A DNA stretch of 64,000 nucleotides from Octopus sinensis (GCF_006345805.1 NC_043010.1:53630001-53694000), one strand, 5' to 3'; positions 38,849 through 52,544 are shown, counted from the first letter of the stretch. The notes: generated by a model not told the origin, from the sequence alone. Numbers and translations are program-made.

Positions 38849-40161
38849 GTAACATTAAAAATATACCGATTATGGATAGCATTACAAATAGATTGCATTC
38901 ATCAAAATTTCTCATCAAGAAATCCAAATACTCAAATCTTTCGTTCCTGCCAGCGTTTGTTTTATTTCCTTTTTGCGGTTGTAAATACGTGTAATATGGA
39001 TCGCCTCAAAGAATTGGACACAAACGTATTGCGGGAAATAATCCGTGATAATCTCTCCTTAATGATAAGCTTCACCCAGGTGAAGGGAAATAAGTGAAAC
39101 GAAATATACAACAGCATTCATTTGAAACAGAACACAGAAACTAAACCCGACTTTCGAATATCTTAAGAGAAGGTAAAAAGAAAGAGATTTCAATAGATCC
39201 AGTAGCACTTAGACCTAATCACATAATTCATGAGTCTGCTGTCTAGGGAAAGCGAATAAACTGATATTAAACATTAAATATGGGAGATGGATGCATAAAA
39301 CAAATGCAACTACGCTAATCTTTCACTTAAGATTAGATGCATTCATGAATTACTCATCGGATTTAAGATGGATTTAAATTCTTCATGTTAGGAAAATAAC
39401 CTCGGTAAAACTTGTACTCATAATATCCAAGTTTTATATCTTGTTCGAGGGATTGGCTAAGTCGATTACATCAACAGAAGGAAGAAAATTAATAAACATA
39501 TATTTAAAGGTAATGAGGATATAGAAAGCAGTGACTTCGTTTTAACAACAGCGCGCCATGTAGTAAATGGTAGGCAGGGGTGATCGGTTTATGTAGCTCT
39601 TTCTACTCAAAACTGGACCCTCACTTCTGGAGAAAAAAAATGATATTTAAAAAGAAACCAAAAGAAAAAAATAGCTAATAGTCACAAACTAAAACAAACT
39701 GCAGCGAATAATGAAGCTAATGAATTATAGATATCATAGACACAATAGTCCTTAAGTTTTTAACACTGAACCTAAATTAAGAAGAGGAATCTGAAAATAT
39801 AAAACAATTATTAATATTATAATTATAACTATTATTTCCCAATTATTTAGTATGTATATTGAACTTAACGTCGTTTTACGATTTGGTTTAGCGTCAAGAA
39901 TTTGAAGCTTAGTTACACATAGACAGTGTATGTGTGCATATACATACATATGTCAACCATTGATTATAATATATATATACACACACACACACAAAATGCA
40001 TAAACACACATATTGTATACTATTTCTGCCACTATTCACAAATATCAAATCGAATGATTGAGATTATTTGTGTCTATTGCGGTGTATATAACTACATGGA
40101 TATTTAACTATATGTATATAATATATAGTGAGCGTGTGTTGTACGAAGTTATAAATGGAAA

Positions 40162-40394
40162 AGGCAGTGAGCTGGCAGAATCGTTAGCACGCCGGGCGAA
40201 ATGCTTAGTGGTATTTCGTCTGCTACTACGTTCTGGGTTCAAATTCCGCCAAGGTCGACTTTGCCTTTCATCCTTTCGGGGTCGATTAAATAAGTACCAG
40301 TTACGCACTGGGGTCGATATAATTGACTTAATCCGTTTGTCTGTCCTTGTTTATCCCCTCTGTGTTTAGCCCCTTGTGGGTAGTAAAGAAATAG
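40162..40394 (+). mobile_element. Family B SINE
   Basis: Full-length homology to 4018-4250. Confidence 0.85.
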
Positions 40395-40445
40395 GTATGT
40401 ATACGTATGTTTATGAACGAATGGGTTTTTGTATGTGTGTCTCTC

Positions 40446-40622
40446 TCTTTTACTTTTTTACTTGTTTCAGTCATTTGACTGTGCCATGCTGGAGCACCGC
40501 CTTTCATCGAACGAACCGACCCCAGGAATTATTCTTTGTAAGCCTAGTACTTATTCTATCGGGCTCTTTTGCCGAACCGCTAAGTTATGGGGACGTAAAC
40601 AATCCAGCATCGGTTGTCAAGC
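40446..40622 (-). mobile_element. 5'-truncated family A SINE
   Basis: Matches the 3' half and tail of family A. Confidence 0.8.
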
Positions 40623-40814
40623 TAATATATTCGTTTGTGTTAAATATCTTATATTTCTCCGAGTTTATTTGTAACAGTTTATATACACAGAAATTTTATT
40701 GAAAGAAAAATCTCCAACCCTCGAGGTTGAGGTTGAGAACATTGAAACGCGATTCTTTGGTATAATCGGTACAATAAGATTCTTTCAAAAGAATTAATAT
40801 TTCTACCGTAAAAA

Positions 40815-41020
40815 CAGTGACCTGGCAGAACCGTTAGCACGCCGGGCTTAGTGGTATTTCGTCTGCTTCTACGTTCTGGGTTCAAATTCTGTCGAGGTCA
40901 ACCTTATTTTTCATCCTCTCAGGGTCGATAAATTAAGTACCAGTTGCGGACTGGAGTCGATGTAATCGACAGACCCCCTCCCCCAAAATTTCGGGCATTT
41001 TGCCTCGAGTAGAAAAGAAT
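40815..41020 (+). mobile_element. Family B-related SINE with alternative 3' end
   Basis: Family B head. Its 3' end GTCGATGTAATCGAC..CCCCAAAA..AGTAGAAA is shared with 42425-42640. Confidence 0.75.
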
Positions 41021-42424
41021 ATTTCTTCTGTAAATTGTAATCTGACAAGATCATGAAAAACTCTATTAAAAATTATCGTGTTTTTAGGTAAGACAAAAAT
41101 ACGCACTAATTAGATCGTCACATATATTATCTCTTCGTGACTCATAGGTCTGGGAAATATAAGAAATTTAACACAAAACGCATACCTTACCATTAACCAT
41201 GAAACCAATGTAATAATCACTAAAATAAAACTAAATAAATACGTATAGCAAAGTACTTAATTGGGTACCATTCGTAACCCTTAATGATAACAAGTCAAGC
41301 TTCGACATAAACACATATTCAGAATGATAATTTCTGCTAAGTGTGAACTTGGGTAAATTAGCGAACATAGTAAAATACGTGCATGACAAAATTAGAGATT
41401 CCATTACATCGTGATAATGGAATAACACAAGTAAAGTACTTAAAAGTTATAATGAAATTAGCAATAAAAATAGATGAAAATTCACTAATACTCGATATTG
41501 CCAATTCTAAATATTAATCTCCAAGCTTCTCCTCACGAAGGAGCCAATATGATGCATTACGATATTGATAATAGCCATGTTGACATACCATCAGGAGGTC
41601 ATTACTATTTGACAAAATATCTGCGTGGTCGAAAGATTGTAATAACCGACTGGACATCATGCTGTGCTACTTTGGCTTAGCAAAAGTTATTGGCAAAAGC
41701 CTCCAATATCTCATTAGTACATACCTTTTCGAAACTAATTTGCCTGCAAAGAACACAAAATGTCCTGGTAGTGTGTAAATGTAGGGTATTCCCAGAGAAG
41801 GGCTCAACCCCCGAATACTGGGCTATCAACAATGCCGGAATTATTCAAGTGTAGAAAATCATCGTTTTATGACGGTCCCATCATAATGTGACTTGGCGAA
41901 GAGTAAATTATTAACTAAATAATCAGAAGACAAATCAATTTTTTAACAGAATTTTATATAAGTGTTAACGAATTTATTATTCGAACAGCGAAGACCAGTC
42001 TGAGAAACCGAAAATGACATCCAAGCAGAGTTACCATTTATATTGTTTTACTTTCAATCACTGGAATGCAGCCATACTGGGAGACCGCTTTGAAGGGTTA
42101 TACATAAGGAGAGCGTTTACAGCCAGTATTTTTAAAAAAAGTCTGGCGCGTATTTTATCGTCGATGTCATATATAAGGATACCAGTAATTATTATAAAAT
42201 AACGAACATGAATATAAATTGGGAAAATAGCTTACAGCTATTTCAGCCAAAATATAAAAATACCTGATTATACCTTTAATACTCGAGTTGAGAGAAGTAA
42301 TAGGTAGATGAAAATAAGGTACGTTTTGAAGGACGTTAACCTGGTAATTTTTGGTAAGCAAACTTTGATTTTGTGCTGTTAATATGAAGCCTTCAGTCTC
42401 TTCTTCCTTTTTATTATTGTTTAA

Positions 42425-42640
42425 CGCGGCGAGATGACAGAGGGGTTAGCACTTTGGACGAAATGCTTAGCAATGTTTCGCTCGTAGCGACATTCTGAGT
42501 TCAAATGCCACCTCGGCCGCAGGTTTGCCTTTCATCTTTTCGGCTACGATAAATTAAATACCAGTCAAACACTGGGCTCGATGTAATCGACTAGTCCCTT
42601 CCCCCAAAAGTTTCAGGTCTTGTGCCTTTAGTAGAAAGGA
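42425..42640 (+). mobile_element. Family B-related SINE with alternative 3' end
   Basis: Homologous to 40815-41020 and followed by (ATT)n(GTT)n. Confidence 0.75.
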
Positions 42641-44242
42641 TTATTATTATTATTATTATTATTGTTGTTGTTGTTGTTGTTGTTGTAGTCGATACCATCC
42701 TCATTATTTTTTAGCATTTTCTCTTTGTTGGCTTATTAATTCATTTTCCTTTACAATCCTGTCGCAGAACAGTCTGTCGAAACCTTTGTCGTTCACACTT
42801 GTCATGAAGTTTGGATTACCATTCATATAACGGAGGACATTAACATACATTATATCAACCACTTAAATTATATTCTGGCATCTGAGTCTCAGAAACCAAT
42901 CATTATTATTACTGTTGTTAGTTTTTTTTCTTTGATTTTACGCCCCTTTATATTCTTTGGTCAAATACCAACTGTGTTGATATGATATAGCCTTTCATCA
43001 AATGAAATTATACAAATATTAACATCACTCCTGCCATTATCACTTGGTTAATTCCACCGTTTTGATTGTCCAAGTATTGGTCATGTGCAGAGTGTTTATT
43101 TTCATGAAGCATACATATGTTTAGCTTACATTTTAGCGTTTCAGAATCTCCATTACTGTTCACCTTTTCTATATTTTATATTTGTTAGGTTGTTTAAAGA
43201 CAAAACCGTTATTTTTTTCTTTATTGTTGTTTTGTACCTATTTATGTCAGAATTTTGCTTTACAAGCGAACATTTGTAGCCAATAGATTGGGTAGTTTTT
43301 AATGCTTCTTTATATTTGGCTGGAAAAAAATCCGCCAGAGCAGACTTAGAATTAGGAAAATTAAAAAGCATTAACGTCATATTACGTAAAGTAACAGACG
43401 AGAGAATTTGACCAAACACTGAATTACAAACACTTAGTTGTTTTAAGATTGGTAAATATAATCTTTTATGTCGGATTTCGGGTAGCCAACGCTAACCGCT
43501 ATCGTTATTTATTTATTTTCCTATTTTTACGTCTAGATCTGCTAATTTACTTAGTGATCATTTGATAATATTATAGCCATAATTTTTTTACTGAGATATT
43601 GAAACCTTATTTATGTCATTGAGCACAGTTTTGAAGTATTACTCTAATGCGTTTATAATATTCTTTCCTAAAATTTTTTCTTTCATGTCTGTGTTTCTTT
43701 TCTTCCTAATTTATTGAGTCTACAATGTTTGTATGTCTGTGTTTGGTTAAAATCTTTTATCTTTTGCTTTATCTAACATGACACTAATGTATTTATTTCA
43801 GTTTACTCTTTTAAAGCTGCCTTAGCGCATTTTTGTAATCCGAATTTCATAGCATTTCTTGTATTAAATCCGTCTACTGGATATTGCGTACAACTTCACG
43901 CCGTCCATATACAAAAGTCTATATACTCTACTCACACCGCATAGGATTTGTATTCAAGTCCTATTCTGTTTAGCATGCTGGATATCAGTTTAACACTACA
44001 CAGCAAAGGAATGAAAACAGATAACCCACTCGGTATATTCATCTTCTCACAGAGCCAGTATTACTTTTTGTAGTTCCCTGTTTTTGCCTGGGCCCATAAC
44101 AGCGTTTGCCATTTACACTTCATGGTGTTTTTCTTAGTCCTCTTCCATTGGCTAAGGGGTTACATTTACACATTACTTCTTTCCTTACAAATACAAACTC
44201 ATATCCCATTTAAACCTGACACGTGTAAATAATTTTAAAATA

Positions 44243-44498
44243 ATAAATAAATGCGCCCTTTTTAAAGCCTAGCCAGACTCATGGGCCCGGTCTCACGGTT
44301 TCCATGGCGTATGCGTTCCCCAGCTGGATGAGAGGCCAGTCTATCGCAGCGTTACTCATTTTCGCCAGCTGAGTGGACTGGAGCAACGCGAAATGAAATG
44401 TATTGCTCAAGAACACAACGCGTCACCCGATCCAGGAATCGAAACCACAACCTTACAATCATGATGCTGAAACCCTACCCACTAAGCCACGCGCCTCA
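44243..44498 (-). mobile_element. Family D SINE with 11-bp TSD
   Basis: Head GAGGCGCGTGGCTTAGTGG...GGTTTCGATTCC, flanked by GTAAATAATTT. Confidence 0.85.
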
Positions 44499-44562
44499 AC
44501 CGTAAATAATTTACTAGTTATTAATAATAAATTTCTCATGGAATATATTTTGAGAGTTGTTT

Positions 44563-44978
44563 TTTACTCGTTTACTCTTTAACTCGTTTCAGTCATTTGG
44601 CTGCAGCCATGCTGGAGCACCGCCTCTTTTTAAACGAGCAAATCGACCCCAGGACTTATACTTTGTAAGCCTAGTACTTACTATATCGGTCTCTTTTGGC
44701 GAACCGCTATGTTACGGGGACGTAAATACACCAGCATCGGTTATTAAGCGATGTTGGGGGGGACAAACAAACACACATACATACACACACACACATATAT
44801 ATATATATATACATATATATACGATGGGCTTCTTTCAGTTTTCGTCTACCAAATCCACTCACAAAGCTTTGTTCGGCCCGAGGCTATAGCAGAAGATACT
44901 TGCCCAAGGTGCCACGTAGTGGGACTGAACCCAGAACCATGTGGTTGGTAAGCATGCTACTTACCACTCAGCCACTCC
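44563..44978 (-). mobile_element. Family A SINE
   Basis: Near full-length homology. Confidence 0.85.
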
Positions 44979-45836
44979 ATGGATTAATGTAAAATTACTT
45001 CTGGTACTCTGACCATGCGCTTTTCCCGCTCGGCTTGCTCTTACTACAACCTTTCATTCTGAAAATTCTGCTGAAAATTTGATGACAATAACCATATCCA
45101 TCTTTGCTATATTTCTGTCATTTGGAATCAGGTTTGGTTCACCCAAGATGTATACTCATTTTCAGTCATTGGCAAGGAATGCGTAGATATGTTTGGGAAT
45201 TGTTACTTTGAGGGTTTGCTGTTTGTTTCACCTTCTAGACTAAGACATTCTCCTCTGAAACTAACTGTAGGTTGTTGTTTCTTCCTCATTTAGTATAAGT
45301 TTCAACTTCCCTTCTTTTACCTTGTGTAATACTGTCGCTGCTAATTTAGGATTGTCATTATGCCATTGATGTTTCAAGCTGTTTATATTTATAGCACCAA
45401 TATAATTTCTTGAGAGGATAATGTCGCTCACGATTGCACAAATACTACGTTTGTTATTAAATACAAGAAGCTTCCGTTGTAATACTTACATTATCGATAT
45501 CTTTCTCGACAGTATCTTTGTCGTATTTATACTTACTTCTTGGCAAATTGGATTTGGGTTAATTTCGAAGGTTTCACTTGTTCAAAGAATCGTACAAACG
45601 TTTAATTCCGGAAACCTAGTTTCTGGAATTTATGGATTCTTGTTATATATTCTTCAACGAAATCCTTGTTTCAGTTAGTCTCATTTCTAGCAGTAATATT
45701 TTGGTTTACAACCAAATTATTAATGATTAAACCAACTCCAGCAAATCCACTCTGCCAACAAATAACTCGAAGTCTCGGTAAGTTATTCTGGTTGTATTTA
45801 TATTTGATGTATATACGTAAACATATATAAATACAT

Positions 45837-45886
<50 letters not shown>

Positions 45887-45950
45887 CACACACACACACA
45901 CACAAATATATATATATATATTAGAAGGCTTGGAGATGATGTACATATAT

Positions 45951-46230
45951 TATATATTAGAAGAAATGAGTTACTTAGAAATCCGGATGGTTTTATATTT
46001 ACAGTTATTTATTAGTATGTTACATATTCTTATACATCCTATATCATATATCATATAAAGCGCTTTCGTCCATTCTAGTGGAATATTCAAATTGAACTCA
46101 ATTTGAAGACTCCACTAGAATGAACGAAAGCGGTGTTATGTTATATATGATATATGATGTATATACTAATAAATATATGTAAATATAAAACCATCCAGAT
46201 TTCTGAGTACCTCATTTCTTCTAATATATA
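45951..46230. repeat. ~280-bp near-spacerless imperfect palindrome
   Basis: Centre TTCAAATTGA-AC-TCAATTTGAA. Arms pair outwards to TATATATTAGAAGAAATGAG / CTCATTTCTTCTAATATATA. Confidence 0.9.
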
Positions 46231-46238
46231 TATATATA

Positions 46239-46531
46239 CTAGCAGTATCGCCCGGCGTTGCTCGGGTTTGTAAGGGAAATAACTATATAAGCATTTTTAG
46301 AGAGTTACTTCCCTTATATAATAGTAAAAAATGCATTAAAAATGGGAAAAAATGATGGTAATTTTTTTTTAATCGTAGACTCATCGTAGACGCACGCTAA
46401 TACCCCGAAGGGCTTGATATGAATCACGACTATACGATACCCGATTTTGGTTAAACTACGCCGAAAAATGTGGGAGTAGTTAGGAATCTAAATCATAGGA
46501 GACATACACACACCTTCACTTTTATATATAA

Positions 46532-46534
<3 letters not shown>
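46239..46534 (-). mobile_element. Non-autonomous Helitron
   Basis: Minus strand starts TC(TTTATATATAAAAGTGAAG) and ends with hairpin CCCGAGCAACGCCGGG then CTAG. Inserted between A and T. Confidence 0.8.
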
Positions 46535-46565
<31 letters not shown>

Positions 46566-47309
46566 TTGTATGTATATGTATGTGTGTGAGCGTGCGCATG
46601 CGGTGTGTTTATGTGCGTGTTTGGAAGGGTGTGTACGTGTGCGACTAAACTATTCCTGTAATACAAACCTGAAAAAATTGAAAAGACAGATGTCGAAAAA
46701 AGACGAAAAAAAATACGGACGATTGACAAGTATTTTGTGACGAACGTAGTTCAAAAGTGAACATATTTTGAAAGATAAAAAAAATATATATTTGAAGAAT
46801 TGCCAAGAAATATCTAACTGAATACTGAATTATGTCAAACAGTTGCATATTTTTGCCAGACATAGATTTTATTTCGCATGGATCGTCTCTATCAGCTTCA
46901 ATTAGTTTTATTTTACATCAATTATACCTCATTCATCACAGACGGATGATATCTAACATAACATAAGCTACGTTTAAGATATTGTTCGTTATTGTTCGAT
47001 GAAATGTTTTCGAAACAATGCCAAGTATAAATGTTATAAAAGTTTGTTGGAAGTAAAAGTGTACACAGATATATGTTTGTCTCTGTAACTCTCATTATCT
47101 AAACTCTGAGCTGAAGCAACCTCAGGTTATAATTTATCATAGTGAACGACATACGTATATAACATGTGAACAAAAATTATTCTAAGTAATGTTTAATAAT
47201 AGATTTCAAAAACATATGGACTTAGATATTTTTTTTAGAATTTATATTTTGTCAGAATTCTTAGTGCATCAGACAAAAATAAGTTTTGGTATGTGTATTT
47301 GTTACGGCG

Positions 47310-47530
47310 TAGAAGCACATGGCCTAGTGGTTAGAGCAGCGGTTTCGCGATAGAGGGATTACTGGTTCGAATCTCAGACTGGGCGATGTGTGCGTTTATG
47401 AGCAAAACACCTAAGCTCCACGCGACTCCAGCAGAAGGTAATGAAAACTTCTGCTTACTCTTTCGCCACAACTTTCCTCCTGCAACTTGCTGCTCACCTG
47501 TGACGGCCCTTGTGATCCAGGCATGGCTCG
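47310..47530 (+). mobile_element. Diverged family C-like SINE
   Basis: TGGCCTAGTGGTTAGAGCAGCGG...GGTTCGAATCTC head with partial body homology. Confidence 0.65.
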
Positions 47531-47692
47531 AGAAGGAATAAACACTTTGTTACAACACTTTACATCTTAGGGTGAAATATCGGTGAGCGCCACTCGAAGT
47601 TGTCGACAAAATGAAGTACCAATTAAAGTAGTGATATCAGTATAATCACGTATTTTCCTCCAAACAAATGCCAGGCCATACATATATATTAT

Positions 47693-48002
47693 GGAGGCGC
47701 AATGGCTCAGTGGTTAGGGCAGCGGGTTCGCGGTTGTAGGATCGCGGCTTCAATTCTCAGAGCGGGCGTTTGAGTGTTTATTGAACGAAAAAAAACCTAA
47801 AGACCCATGAGGCTCCGGCAGGGGGTAATGGCAATCCCTGCTGAACTCTTTTGCCGCAACTTTCTCTCACTCTTTCTTCTGTTGGCCTGTTCGCTTAGCC
47901 AGCGGGGTGGCGTCATTTGAAGGCTGAAACAATGCGAAGCGCTTTGCAACCAGCAATGTGTAGCAACATCTGATAGCATGGTCGGTTACGGTGCTTACGG
48001 TG
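47693..48002 (+). mobile_element. Family C SINE
   Basis: Homologous over its length to 29846-30140. Confidence 0.85.
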
Positions 48003-48280
48003 ACATGTATATTAAAAACCCTTATTAAGAGAAGTACACATTGGCAAAATTGTGAAGCGTCAGGCAACCTGCTTGTGCCGGTATTAGAAACAAACATTAT
48101 TTTATGGTTGTTTAGCAGAATCGTGGGAGCGTCGGAGAAAATTCCCTACGGCATTTCCTCGGCTGTTTGACTTCACAGTTCGAATTCCGCTGAAGTTACC
48201 TTCGCTTTTCATCCTTCCTGGGGTCGATGTAATAAGCGGTTTCTTCCTCAAAAGCTACTGGCCCTGAGTCAAAATTTGAG

Positions 48281-48516
48281 ACTACTACAACTACTACTAC
48301 TACTACTACTCCTGCTGCTGCTTCTGCTGCCACTGCTGCTGCTGCTGCCACTGCTGCTTCTCATACCACAGTTGTTGTTGTTGTTATTATTGTTGTTGTT
48401 GTTGTTGCTCTTCTTCTTCTTCTTCTTCTTCTTCTTCTTCTTCTTGTCCTTCTTCTTCTTCTTCTTCTTCTTCTCCTCCTTCTTCTTCGTCTCCTTCTCC
48501 TTCTTCTTCTCCTTCT

Positions 48517-48547
<31 letters not shown>

Positions 48548-48560
48548 TTTTCTTCTTTTT
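48281..48560. repeat. Compound trinucleotide array (CTA/CTG/TTG/CTT)
   Basis: Directly visible. It is the source of the poly-L/F/K/E ORFs. Confidence 0.95.
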
Positions 48561-49347
48561 CCTCTTGCCATTATTATCAAGGTAGTGAACTGGTAGAATC
48601 GTTAGCACTGTTGATGAAATGCTTGGCTGTAATTACGCCAGTCGTTAATTTCTGAGTTCAAATCCCGCCGAGGTCAACTTACCCTTTCATTATTTCGGAG
48701 TCGACGATAAATTAAACACCTTGTTGTTGTTGTTGTTCTTCTTCTTCCTTCTTCTTCTTCTTCTTCTTCTTCTTCTTCTCCTCACCCTCCGTCATCATCA
48801 TCATCATCATCATCATACTTTTGTTTTTACTTACTAAGTCGTGTTTATGTGAGTTCCTCCGTTGGAATATATTTCACTGTTGTTTTTCGGAAATGCATAA
48901 TTATTATTATTGTTATCATAATGCCGTTCCTGTAGCATCGTATCATGACAAAGAGAAAGTATGAATTTTGTTTTCCATGATGTCTGACCAGAATGGGGAT
49001 ATTAAAAAAAAAAAAAACTAAGAATTTAAAAACACTTTTGTCGGTTATTATTTTTTTTCCGTTTTGCTCAAATATATTTCAACATTGGCTTCGTATTGCG
49101 GTAGTAGGTAGAGATGCTTGTCACAGTAACGGTAGCATCGACAAATATATGCCTCCAGCCAAAACAAAGTCATAAACAAAACAATAGTATAGATTTGTAA
49201 AAAGCAGGAAAAAAATTGCCACAAAATGAGAGCAGGAAGTTTTTTTTAAAAATATTGAAACAGAACAGTGTTAAACCAAACAACACCAAACACGGAGAAA
49301 AAATTGTTCGTAGTAAACAGTGGTCATAGTATTGATGTTTATCTTAA

Positions 49348-49900
49348 AGGAGCACTCCGTCGGTTGCGACGAAGAGGATCGCAGATGATCCCATCAACGG
49401 AACAGCCTGCTCGTGAAATTAACGTGCCAGTGGCTGAGTACTTCACAGATACGTGCACCCTTAACGTAGTTCTCAGTGAGATTCAGCGTGACACAGACTG
49501 TTGTTGATGTTGTTGTTGTTGTTGTTGTTGTTAAGCAGCAAGACGGGAAAGGGTGAGTAGGTGATGGTCTAGGGCTTAGGGGCGGGAGACCCCAGACTGT
49601 GGGAAAAAAAACCTTTGGTCGTCTTGTTGTAGTTGAGGGCTCTTCGTTGACGGCCGACACCACTCGGAGGTGGCCCTCAAAGTCGCTGGAAATGAAGAGC
49701 TCCAGGTCCAAATGCTTGAACGGCTGACATAGCGTGTGACAAGGCTGGCCATTTTGAAATATAGTTACTCGTCATTTTTGCCAGCTGAGTGGAGTGCGGC
49801 AATGTAAAATAAAATGTCCTGCTCAAAGACTCAACGCGTCGCCGAAAATTGAACTCACGAACGTGAGCCAAATGCTCCTAACCACTAAGCCACGCGCCTT
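49348..49900 (-). mobile_element. Family D-head SINE with long tail, 13-bp TSD and a nested insertion
   Basis: Flanked by TATTGATGTTTAT. The tail is homologous to 23145-23330, and the element is interrupted at 49497-49724. Confidence 0.8.
49497..49724 (-). mobile_element. 5'-truncated retroposon 3' end with (CAA)n tail
   Basis: GC-rich segment ending in (CAA)n on the minus strand, flanked by TGACACAG/TGACATAG. Confidence 0.65.
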
Positions 49901-50039
49901 CATATTGATGTTTATATTAGCATTAGTAAATACCTCTCAGGTAGAGACGTTAGTGATTTGGAAGAAGTATTATGAATACTGCTACATATCCAAAATATTT
50001 CTGGGTTAGGAGAAATCAAATGATGACAAAGAAACTTGA

Positions 50040-50188
50040 GGCGTAGGAGTGGCTGTGTGGTAAGTAGCTTGCTTACGAACCACATGGTTCCGGGTTCAGT
50101 CCCACCTACTATAGCCTCGGACCGACCAAAGCCTTGTGAGTGGATTTGATAGACGGAAACAGAAAGAAGCCCGTCGTATATATGTATG

Positions 50189-50221
<33 letters not shown>

Positions 50222-50434
50222 ATATGTTTGTGCGTCTTTGAATCCCCCAAACATCACATGACAACCGTTGGTGGTGTGTTTACGTCCCCGTAACTTAGCG
50301 GTTCGGCAAAAGAGACCGATAGAATAAGTACTAGGCTTACAAAGAATAAGTCCTGGGGTTTATTTGCTCGGATAAAGGCGGTGCTCCAGCATGGCCGCAG
50401 TCACATGACTGAAACAAGTAAAAGAGTAAAAGAG
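50040..50434 (+). mobile_element. Family A SINE
   Basis: Head GGCGTAGGAGTGGCTGTGTGGTAAG to tail GTAAAAGAGTAAAAGAG, with a short internal deletion. Confidence 0.9.
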
Positions 50435-51502
50435 CAAGTAAAAGCTTACTTTGAACGAAAACAGCTGGAACGTGCAAAGTGATCCTTTTTCTAATGTAAT
50501 ATTTTCATGGTTGTGCGAAGGCTAAAAATTATAAATGTATTTCGATGACTGAATCAGTAAAAGGCAGAGCAGCACTTTTGACTCTACTGAAAAAAACCCC
50601 CTTATATTGGTGTATAAAAGGTCGTACAAGCCGGTTGCATGGGCCCAATACTTCCAATAAAATAAATTGTATTGTTACATCAGGTAGACGTACAATACAC
50701 GTATCAAGACATACACATATAAATTAAAAACATAGAAGGAAAAATAAACCCAATGCGCTGTTCTTCTGATACTCAAACACAATTTCTATTTTCACCATGT
50801 GGTATTTAAATTAAAATTCAGCAACATAATACGCAAAAATTTCTGTTCTTTTTTTATTTAAGTAGTTGTTTGAAAGTGTTGATTTTCTGAACTTTTCAGA
50901 AACCAATTACAGCATATTCCCGTCGGTAGAAAATATTGATACCACATGCAAGAGCAATCTATACAGTTTAGGATTTAAATTGTTTATATGTCGAGAGACT
51001 GCCGCAATCTGTGAAATAATTTTCGTTTATTTCATGTAGATTAGAATTTTCAGTTTTACCCAGGTGACCCAAGAAAGGCTGTGAGAGAGCGAGGAGGCAA
51101 ATAAATATACTAGTATCTTCTACAACTATAAATAACTGTGAATCTAATCTATGTTGATATTCGACCATTTGGGATTGTTATCTTAATATTTATTATGCAA
51201 GTTGTTATGAGAGAGAGTGAATAAGTTGTTACAAAAGCTGGTGACTGTAGATTTTACTGAACATACGAATGCGGATCACGTGCGGCATGAATTTTACAAT
51301 CTGCAACAACTTGTTAGAAATAGATACACATTCATACAGGTATGGCTGCGTGTTTAAGAAGTTCGCTTCAAACGACGTGCTCCTGTCACATTTGCACAGT
51401 AGCTTAGGCAGAAGATGTGTTCTGCGATAAGTGCGGTCAGGTTAATATTTCTAGTGAATTTGAAGGGTGAAACTCTGTACACTGTGTTTGTGTGTATATG
51501 TA

Positions 51503-52019
51503 CAGAGTATGGGCAAAACAATGGAAACCCCTTAAAATATCAAACACATTTATTTTAATATGGTGTACAATCACCTTTAGCAGTAATTACAGCTTGAATT
51601 ATTCGAGGTATGAACTCCGACAAAGTTTCAATTGTTTACAAAGGAATTTTTGTCCATTCTACAGCTAAAACGGACTCCAGTTCTTGTAGAGATGATGGTG
51701 GAAGATATCGACTCCTTACTTGCTTTTCCGTACGTGTAGTGTGTAGTAGTAGCAAATATACCGAAACCATTATCTCGCTTTGCAACGTTTGTTTTTTATA
51801 ATAGTAGTTTTCTGATTGCAGCCCTCCCATGAAATCCGGGTTTGTGCAGCTTCTGGAGAACATTTTTTTCTGGACTCTGGGTTCTCGAGGTGATCATTAA
51901 GCTCTGCAGTAATTTTGGGAGCTGTACTTTTGTGATCCTTTCAAACAATTCCCATAAGAGTCCGACGATCCCTATCTGAAAGTTTTAGTTTTCTTCCGGA
52001 GTTTGGTTTGACGAGGAGG
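51503..52019 (-). mobile_element. Internally deleted Tc1-like transposon
   Basis: TA|CAGAGTATGGGCAAAACAATGGAAAC TIR. Minus strand SGRKLKLSDRDRRTL..KITAELN..GFHGRAAIRK is fused to PSSLQELESVLAVEWTKIP..IPRIIQAVITAKG.CTPY*. Confidence 0.85.
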
Positions 52020-52140
52020 AGAGACCGATAGAATAAGTACTAGGCTTGCTAAGAAAAAGTCCTGGGGTCGATTTGCTCGACTAAAGGCACTGCTCCAGCA
52101 TGGCCGCAGTCAAATGACTGAAACAAATAAAGGAATAAAA
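52020..52140 (+). mobile_element. 3' end of family A SINE truncating the Tc1 element
   Basis: GAGACCGATAGAATAAGTACTAGGC...GACTGAAACAA homology. Confidence 0.8.
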
Positions 52141-52142
52141 AA

Positions 52143-52175
<33 letters not shown>

Positions 52176-52424
52176 ATGTACGTTTTTATCAACATTCTGG
52201 CAACATTCAGCAGAATATTCTATAATCTTTCTCCTTATTAGTTACATGTATTAGCTTTCACCTGCCTTCTATTATATATTCTCTTCTCTATCTTTCTTTT
52301 TGGTCGTCAATTCACATTGTTCTCTTCCAAATCTCTTTTATATTTCTCTGCAATTCGTCGTGTCCTCGAAATATCCATACAAACCTAATTCACACGGACA
52401 ATCACGCACAGACATACATAAACG

Positions 52425-52464
<40 letters not shown>

Positions 52465-52544
52465 GCATATATACATATATATATATATACATGCATATAT
52501 ATATATAATATATATATATACATGCATATATACATCTATAATAT

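Larger units (their letters stand above)
42800..45300 (-). mobile_element. Heavily decayed Dong/R4-like LINE reverse transcriptase, interrupted by two SINEs
   Basis: Minus-strand fragments RLLYMDGVKLYA (cf. HLLYMDDLKLY), MKFGLQKCAKA, SSMLNRIG.EYK, YPKSDIKRLYLP and MKGCSKS. Boundaries are approximate. Confidence 0.6.

Noticed and set aside
38996-39097. ATG-started MDRLKELDTNVLREIIRDNL segment as a first exon
   Set aside because: Short, with no recognisable homology, a weak donor and no supporting downstream exons.
47693-47770. tRNA genes at SINE heads
   Set aside because: The tRNA-like heads continue into SINE bodies and lack a complete acceptor stem and terminator.
48269-48608. Poly-K/E/L/F ORFs (also 15435-15716, 53265-53869)
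   Set aside because: Trinucleotide and homopolymer arrays.
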